Below, one piece after another: positions 48,235-54,252 of a DNA stretch of 54,252 nt. The DNA is taken from sequence record DRR378314_1602; one strand, given 5' to 3'. Each line of letters opens with the position of its first letter. Position 1 is the first letter of the stretch. The notes beneath the pieces were generated by a model that saw nothing but the letters and a program-made list of their open reading frames with translations, had not been told where the DNA came from and did not search any database. Both the position numbers and the translations under genes were made by a program.

Positions 48235-48543
48235 ATGTTTAGATCGCTGCAATCGGATGACCACAATCTGATAACGTTGATCGTAAATGGTCGGTCAGTC
48301 AAAGCCCGCAAAGGTCAGTCGGTCTGGTCTGCGATGGCCGTGGCTGGTGAGGTCGTAACCCGCAAGGCGGCTTTGTCGGGCAACGCGCGCAGCGCGTATT
48401 GCGCCATGGGTGTCTGTTTCGAATGTATGGTTGAAATTGATGGTCTTCCCAATCAGCAAGCCTGCCTGCGCCGCGTGGCCGAAGGGATGAACGTCTCGAC
48501 CCAAGTGATAACCGAGGATACTGAGGCAGATGCGGGCCTTTGA
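48235..48543 (+). CDS. (2Fe-2S)-binding small subunit (HcnA/opine dehydrogenase gamma-like)
   Basis: YCAMGVCFECMVEIDG..QQAC..GM. Confidence 0.9.
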   Translation: MFRSLQSDDHNLITLIVNGRSVKARKGQSVWSAMAVAGEVVTRKAALSGNARSAYCAMGVCFECMVEIDGLPNQQACLRRVAEGMNVSTQVITEDTEADAGL

Positions 48544-49927
48544 TTGTGCCATAGTTGGAGCGGGTCCTGCCGGTATGTCTGCCGCGCTTGCGCTGACGCA
48601 AGGCGGAGCAGACGTGATTGTGCTGGATCGGGCAGACCGGGCAGGGGGGCAGATCTATCGCTCTGCCTCAAGCAGTCCTTTGCCTGACGCTGCAAGCCTT
48701 GGTCCCGATTATGCGTCAGGCGCCGATCTTATCACCCGATTTGAACGATCCGGGGCAAAACATCTTGCCGGGGCTGATGCATGGCATATCGGCGATGACG
48801 GGAGGATTCTGTTTTCCTATCAAGGTGAAACCCGCGAATTGCATTGCCGCGAAATGCTGTTGTGCCCCGGCGCAATGGAGCGGCCCATGCCCATCCCGGG
48901 CTGGACCTTGCCCGGTGTCATGACGGCCGGTGCAGCACAGGTTATGCTGAAATCAGATGCCGTTGTTGCGGACGGGGCGGTATTCGCCGGGTCCGGTCCG
49001 TTGCTGTATCTGATCGTAGCGCAATATCTGCGATTGGGCGTTCGTGTTGCCGCGCTTGTCGATACGACCCCCCGACGGCACTACCTGGATGCCGCGCCTT
49101 TGTTACCACGCGCCTGGCGACAGGTTGGACAACTGCGCAAAGGCTTGTCTTTGCTGCGGGAAATTCGCGCGGCGGGCGTCGATACCTACCGCTATGCGGA
49201 AAATCTTGAAGTGATTGGGGAAGAAACGGCGAAAGGGCTGCGCTTTAGCATATCAGGTCAGCCGCACGAGGTCTCCGCCGATACCGTGTTCCTCCACCAC
49301 GGCGTCCAGCCCAATCTGAATATGACCCGTGCGATGGGGTTGGCCCACCATTGGAATAACGCGCAGATGTGCTGGCAGGTTACTGTAGATGAATTTGGCC
49401 AAAGCGCGATTTCGCATGTTTCGGTTGCCGGCGACGGGGCCGGGATTGTCGGCGCAGACGGTGCATGCGCAGCGGGCCGGGTGGCGGCGCAGAACATGCT
49501 CTACCACCTAGGACGTGTTTCCCGGACCGGCAGGGATCGTAATTCTCACGCAGATTTGTACTATTTGTCGTCGATGAAGCCATTTCGACGTTTCATCGAC
49601 TGTCTGTACCGCCCGACAGAAGCTTTGCGATTGCCGCGCGACACGGAAACCCTGGTCTGTCGCTGCGAAGAACAGTCGTTGGGTGATCTGCGTGCAGGTT
49701 TCGAACAAGGTGCGCGTGATCCCAACGCGCTGAAGTCCCTGACCCGTTGTGGAATGGGCCCCTGTCAGGGTCGGCAATGTGGTCATGTAGTGACCGGGCT
49801 TTTGGCGCAGTGGCGAAAAGAATCCCCCGATGCCGTGGGATACTATCGGCTGCGCAGCCCTCAGCGCTTGCTGACAGTGGATGAGCTTGGCCGGTACGAC
49901 ACAATCCCCGCAGAGGTCGCGAAATGA
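48530..49927 (+). CDS. FAD/NAD(P)-binding oxidoreductase with BFD-like Fe-S domain (HcnB/OoxA-like subunit)
   Basis: GAGPAG, GGQIYR, PGWTLPGVM, AGDG, VCRCEE, RCGMGPCQGRQC. Confidence 0.9.
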   Translation: MRAFDCAIVGAGPAGMSAALALTQGGADVIVLDRADRAGGQIYRSASSSPLPDAASLGPDYASGADLITRFERSGAKHLAGADAWHIGDDGRILFSYQGETRELHCREMLLCPGAMERPMPIPGWTLPGVMTAGAAQVMLKSDAVVADGAVFAGSGPLLYLIVAQYLRLGVRVAALVDTTPRRHYLDAAPLLPRAWRQVGQLRKGLSLLREIRAAGVDTYRYAENLEVIGEETAKGLRFSISGQPHEVSADTVFLHHGVQPNLNMTRAMGLAHHWNNAQMCWQVTVDEFGQSAISHVSVAGDGAGIVGADGACAAGRVAAQNMLYHLGRVSRTGRDRNSHADLYYLSSMKPFRRFIDCLYRPTEALRLPRDTETLVCRCEEQSLGDLRAGFEQGARDPNALKSLTRCGMGPCQGRQCGHVVTGLLAQWRKESPDAVGYYRLRSPQRLLTVDELGRYDTIPAEVAK

Positions 49928-51039
49928 AGGCGGACGCTCTGATCATCGGTGGTGGTATTCAGGGATGCGCCACCGCCTATCATCTGGCACGCAAGGGCGT
50001 ATCGGTGATCGTGGTCGAAAAGGACTACGCTGGGCGGCATGCCTCGGGCGTGAATGCGGGCGGTGTGCGTCTGTTGGGCCGGGATATGGCCGAGGTTCCG
50101 CTGTCGAAAGCATCGATGGAGATGTGGCAAGCCCTTGATGACGAGCTGGGTTACGACACCGGCTTTCGCCGCCAGAGCCTGATCAACATTGCGGCGGATG
50201 AGGCCGATCTGGACACATTGCGCGACCGCGAAGCCAAGATGCATGAGGCCGGATACGCGTATGAGCGGATGATTGATCAGGCCGAACTGCGAGACCGGCT
50301 GCCGCATGTGAATTCCGATTGCGTGGGTGGCGTGATTTCGGAACTGGACGGCTATGCCATTCCGTATAAAGCCACGTCCGCCTTTCGTCTGGCGGCAGAA
50401 AAGCTGGGTGCGAAGGTGATTGAAGGCGAGGAGGTACTGAGCCTCAGGCGGGTCGGCAATACTTGGCTGGCGCAAGGCTCTCGGAACGCCTACGAGACCG
50501 AAGCGGTCATCAATTGCGCCGGGGCCTGGGCCGACCGGATTGCGCTGATGATTGGGGACAATGTCCCTCTTAGCCATGCTGCGCCGATGCTGATGATCAC
50601 TGCCCGGATGCCGCATTTCGCCAAACCGGTTGTAGGTGCAGTCAGCCGTCAGCTCAGCTTCAAACAGTTCGAGAATGGCACCGTACTGATCGGCGGGGGG
50701 GCCAAGGGTTTTGCTGATCGGGCCAACAATCGCACGCGGTTGGACTATGCCAAGCTTGCCGCTGCCTGCCGTACAACGGCCGAGTTCTTCCCAATCATGC
50801 GCAAAGCCAGCATCAACCGGATGTGGGCGGGACTTGAGGCCTATATGCCCGACAACCTGCCTGTGATCTGCCCTGCCGTAAATGCCCCACGCGCTTTTCA
50901 TGCATTCGGCTTTTCTGCGCATGGCTTCCAGATGGGCCCCATCGTTGGGCAGGTTCTAGCGGATTTAGTGACTGGTGGCCAAAGCCGTTTCAATCTATCG
51001 CCTTTCCGCATCGACCGATTTGACCGCAAGGTCCTGTAA
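49924..51039 (+). CDS. FAD-dependent D-amino acid/opine dehydrogenase subunit (HcnC/OoxB-like)
   Basis: IIGGGIQG, ASGVNAGG, NCAGAW, RMWAG, GFSAHGFQMGP. Confidence 0.9.
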   Translation: MKADALIIGGGIQGCATAYHLARKGVSVIVVEKDYAGRHASGVNAGGVRLLGRDMAEVPLSKASMEMWQALDDELGYDTGFRRQSLINIAADEADLDTLRDREAKMHEAGYAYERMIDQAELRDRLPHVNSDCVGGVISELDGYAIPYKATSAFRLAAEKLGAKVIEGEEVLSLRRVGNTWLAQGSRNAYETEAVINCAGAWADRIALMIGDNVPLSHAAPMLMITARMPHFAKPVVGAVSRQLSFKQFENGTVLIGGGAKGFADRANNRTRLDYAKLAAACRTTAEFFPIMRKASINRMWAGLEAYMPDNLPVICPAVNAPRAFHAFGFSAHGFQMGPIVGQVLADLVTGGQSRFNLSPFRIDRFDRKVL

Positions 51040-51053
51040 TGGAGATATCCGAC

Positions 51054-51398
51054 ATGACAATCACCCGTATCGAAACCGGCCAACGCATGAGCAAGATCGT
51101 CAAGCACAATGGCATTGCCTATCTGTGCGGTCAGACCTCGGATGCCGCCACAGTCGCGGATCAGACCCGTGAAATTCTGGCCAAGGTCGAGGATCTGTTG
51201 GCAAAGGCGGGCAGCGACAATACCCGCATATTGCAATGTGTGATCTGGTTGGCAGACATGGCGGATTTCGCCGAGATGAACGCCGTCTGGGACGCTTGGG
51301 TCCCGGCAGGACACGCTCCGGCCCGCGCCTGTGGCGAAGCAAAACTGGCGCGCGATGCACTGAAGGTAGAGCTGATCGTCACGGCGGCTTGCGACTGA
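51054..51398 (+). CDS. RidA family protein (YoaB/Rid1-like)
   Basis: RMSKIVKHNG, YLCGQ, FAEMNAVWDAWV, APARAC, VELIVTAA. Confidence 0.9.
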   Translation: MTITRIETGQRMSKIVKHNGIAYLCGQTSDAATVADQTREILAKVEDLLAKAGSDNTRILQCVIWLADMADFAEMNAVWDAWVPAGHAPARACGEAKLARDALKVELIVTAACD

Positions 51399-51447
51399 TT
51401 TCAAATCAGCGAAATGCCAATCTGACGTAAAATGTCAGCGAACTACG

Positions 51448-51477
51448 TGATCGCCCTAAATACCCTCGGGGCGATCA
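51448..51477. terminator. Hairpin after ridA between convergent genes
   Basis: TGATCGCCC...GGGCGATCA inverted repeat. Confidence 0.55.
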
Positions 51478-51686
51478 GTTAGCGTCGGCAACGAACCGCA
51501 ATGCTCGCCTCACCACACAGACCCTTTGGCACAAATCGGTCTTGGTTGGTATATTCAAGCTATCCGCTTGCAGATGCCTCGACGTCTCTAACCCAAGCCT
51601 CATTCTCAATGGATAAGAAGTGCCTTACAGCCGGTCGGCATTGGCAGTTCGACTGAGAAATACAATTGCCAGGCTGGACCCTCAAG

Positions 51687-52847
51687 TCAAACCACTCTCC
51701 CTACAATTCCCAAGAACATCCGAACGCCATCTTCGATAAGTGCGTTTGGAAAATCGTAGTGCTGATCGTGCAACGAGGGGGTTGTTTCGCCAGCGCCCAA
51801 TCCAAACATCGCACCTTCGCACATACCAGTCACTGCGCCGAAATCTTCCCCCCAACGAAACGCCTCGGTGGTGTGCACGAAGGATGTCATCAAGTCGTTT
51901 GCCGTTTGCTGAATGATCTCAACCGCGACTGCCTGATTTTTCGTTGCAGTAAACTTTTCAAGCGTTTCAAATTCGTACTCAAGACCGTATTGCGCTGCCA
52001 GATCTGCAGCACGGGTATGGATGGTCTTTAACATCTGCGCGATGATCCGGTCGTCATCGGAGCGTAGGGTAAAACCAAGCTCACCGTAGGAGGGAGCCAC
52101 CCCTGAGGAGGCGACGCCCATTTGCGTGTGGATAGGCACCACAAGTGCGTATCCCTCATCAGGTGCAACATCCAAGGCAAGCTGGTCTGCCGCAAAAATG
52201 AGTTCTGCGATGGCCTTTGCAGGGCTGGCACCGGTATGTGGCTGCGAACTATGGGCGGCCCGACCCGTGAAACGAATAGCCTCGAAATGAACCGCTGACG
52301 CAAAGCTGCCGGGCTTGCACAGAATCTGACCCCGGGGGAACCCCGGCAGATTATGTAGTGCAAAGGCATAGTCTGGGGTGATTTGCGCGAAGTTCGGATG
52401 GGAAAGGCACCCAATCGCACCTGTTCCTGTTTCTTCGTCCGGTTGAAACAGTAATACAACGCGCCCCGTTTGTGGGCGTTGCTTTGCCAAGGCAACACCA
52501 ACGCCAATCATGATTGACATATGGCCATCATGTCCGCATTTGTGCCCAACACCCGGGTTGGTCGAAATATGAGGTAAATCGGAATTGCGCTCGTGAATGG
52601 GCAAGGCGTCTAGTTCACAGCGAAGCAAAACAGTCTTTCCTGGCGCACCGCTTTCATAGATGGCGGCGAATCCGGCCCCTTCAAGATCGACAAACCGGTC
52701 TGGCGCAGCTTCGGCTTGCAAAACGGATTTGACGTAGCGGGCCGTTTCATACTCGTGTCGCGACAATTCCGGATGCGCGTGCAACCAGTGACGGATTTCG
52801 CACAACCGGGCGAGTTCTGTTTGGGTCAGTTGCACCAGTGATCTCAT
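51687..52847 (-). CDS. M20 family amidohydrolase
   Basis: LHAHPELS, RCELDALP, HKCGHDGH, FQPDEE, ALHNLP, GEDF, LH. Confidence 0.9.
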   Translation of the reverse strand: MRSLVQLTQTELARLCEIRHWLHAHPELSRHEYETARYVKSVLQAEAAPDRFVDLEGAGFAAIYESGAPGKTVLLRCELDALPIHERNSDLPHISTNPGVGHKCGHDGHMSIMIGVGVALAKQRPQTGRVVLLFQPDEETGTGAIGCLSHPNFAQITPDYAFALHNLPGFPRGQILCKPGSFASAVHFEAIRFTGRAAHSSQPHTGASPAKAIAELIFAADQLALDVAPDEGYALVVPIHTQMGVASSGVAPSYGELGFTLRSDDDRIIAQMLKTIHTRAADLAAQYGLEYEFETLEKFTATKNQAVAVEIIQQTANDLMTSFVHTTEAFRWGEDFGAVTGMCEGAMFGLGAGETTPSLHDQHYDFPNALIEDGVRMFLGIVGRVV

Positions 52848-52904
52848 TCGTTGGAAACAAGGGGGTTTCGGCTCTGGCCCAAAGGCCTGCTTTGGAATGC
52901 CTCG

Positions 52905-54252
52905 CTAGCCGAGCACCTCGTGCACTGCGCTTACGGTGGCATCAACAACGATATCGGCTTCTTCCGGGCTCAGGCAGAATGGGGGTGCAAAGCCCAGAAT
53001 ATCACCTTGCGGCATCGCGCGACCAATGACACCTTTGGTGGCCAGGCTGGCAGAAACCTTGGCGCCGACGGTCGCTGATGGGTCAAAGAATGTACGGTTT
53101 GATTTGTCTTGGACAAACTCAATCGCCGCCAGCATACCAACCCCTCGAATCTCGCCCACGTTTTTATGATCTCCCAGCTTTTGGATAAGCTGTGCGCGAA
53201 AGTAATCTCCTGTGCGCGTGGTATTGGCGATCAGATCAAGCTCATCAATCAGCTTTAGGTTTGCCACCCCGGCGGCGGCTCCGATGGGGTGCGCGGAATA
53301 GGTCCAACCATGTCCGATGGGCCCGAATTCATCGTTGCCTTCCTCCAGAACCTTCCAAACCTTGTCCGAGACGATGGAGCCCGACAAAGGAGCATAGGCA
53401 GATGTGAGGCCTTTGGCGATTGTGATTATGTCCGGCTCGATTCCATATGCCGTGGACCCCATCATTGAGCCTGTGCGCCCAAAGCCGGTTACGACCTCAT
53501 CCGCGATCAAAAGGATGTCGTATTTACGCAGAACTGCCTGGATCGCGGTCCAATACCCTTCTGGCGGGGGAACAATACCACCGGTGCCCAAGACCGGTTC
53601 GCCGATGAAGGCTCCGATCGTGTCGGGCCCTTCCCGCAGGATCAGTGCTTCCAGCTTGGTCGCGCAATGAGCTGTGAAGTCTGCCTCGGACATATCCATT
53701 TCGTTGCGACGGAAATAGTATGGGGCTTCGGTGTGGATGACCTGCGCAAGCGGAAGGTCAAATTTCTTGTGGAACAGTTCCAGCCCTGTCAGCGATCCGG
53801 TGATCAGGCCCGAACCGTGGTAACCGCGCCAGCGCGAGATGATTTTTTTCTTCTGCGGCAGGCCTCGGATGTTGTTGTAGTACCAGACCAGCTTGATGTT
53901 GGTTTCATTCGCATCTGATCCCCCAAGTCCAAAATAGACCTTTGACATGTTGGCCGGTGCGCGGTCCAAGACCATTTTTGCCAGGGTGATCGATGTTTCG
54001 GTCCCGTGACCGACATAGGCGTGATAATAGGCCAGCTCGTGCGCCTGATTGGCTATCGCCTCGGCGATCTCAGTTCGCCCATACCCCACGTTCACACAAT
54101 AGAGCCCGGCAAATGCATCCAACAGTTTCCGTCCATCCCGGTCTTCGATGAAAACACCCTGTGCCCCTTTGATTATCCGGTTCGGGCTGTCTCCACGGGC
54201 GTGATTGGCAAGATGCGTGGAGGGATGAAAGAAGTTCTCGCGATCCCATTGA
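52905..54252 (-). CDS. doeD: Class III aminotransferase, DoeD/diaminobutyrate transaminase-like (5' end outside the window)
   Basis: The frame stays open to the window edge (QWDRENFFHPSTHLA..); DAFAGLYCVNVGYG, GYHG, IADEVVTGFGRTG, TIAKGLTS, HGWTYSAHP. Confidence 0.75.
   Translation of the reverse strand, partial: QWDRENFFHPSTHLANHARGDSPNRIIKGAQGVFIEDRDGRKLLDAFAGLYCVNVGYGRTEIAEAIANQAHELAYYHAYVGHGTETSITLAKMVLDRAPANMSKVYFGLGGSDANETNIKLVWYYNNIRGLPQKKKIISRWRGYHGSGLITGSLTGLELFHKKFDLPLAQVIHTEAPYYFRRNEMDMSEADFTAHCATKLEALILREGPDTIGAFIGEPVLGTGGIVPPPEGYWTAIQAVLRKYDILLIADEVVTGFGRTGSMMGSTAYGIEPDIITIAKGLTSAYAPLSGSIVSDKVWKVLEEGNDEFGPIGHGWTYSAHPIGAAAGVANLKLIDELDLIANTTRTGDYFRAQLIQKLGDHKNVGEIRGVGMLAAIEFVQDKSNRTFFDPSATVGAKVSASLATKGVIGRAMPQGDILGFAPPFCLSPEEADIVVDATVSAVHEVLG

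Noticed and set aside
49861-50922. 353-aa minus-strand ORF
   Set aside because: It is an antisense shadow of the FAD dehydrogenase in GC-rich DNA.
48235-51039. Calling these genes hcnABC (HCN synthase)
   Set aside because: They belong to the same superfamily, but the importer, RidA and LysR context indicates catabolism; orthology cannot be established by eye.
51478-51686. Unassigned intergenic stretch as an sRNA or MITE
   Set aside because: No terminal repeats, promoter or recognisable structure beyond the terminator-like hairpin.

Overview
This 54-kb window looks like Rhodobacteraceae/Roseobacter-group DNA (inferred from gene families and style) and is almost entirely accessory catabolic genes. 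From left to right: (1) a decayed IS6-family transposase; (2) a three-gene envelope/signalling module with a secreted PstS-like/OmpA fusion, a secreted Cys-containing hypothetical protein, and a membrane Hanks-type Ser/Thr kinase with a ~185-aa Ala-rich repeat stalk and PDZ-like C-terminus; (3) a rearranged CoA-dependent 2-aminobenzoate/salicylate (abm-type) cluster with an ABC importer, a cupin, a PhzS-like FAD monooxygenase, two MarR regulators, a second CoA ligase and a CMD/AhpD protein; (4) a trigonelline(tgn)-like flavin monooxygenase operon with a polyamine-type ABC importer and a GAF-PucR regulator, divergent from a DddD-like tandem class III CoA-transferase; (5) a GntR regulator, ABC importer and hydantoin/allantoin racemase; (6) a LysR regulator, TRAP transporter, heterotrimeric opine/D-amino-acid dehydrogenase and RidA; (7) an M20 amidohydrolase and a DoeD-like aminotransferase running off the window end. 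No rRNA, tRNA or CRISPR array was seen. All family assignments come from motif recognition by eye, not from database searches.
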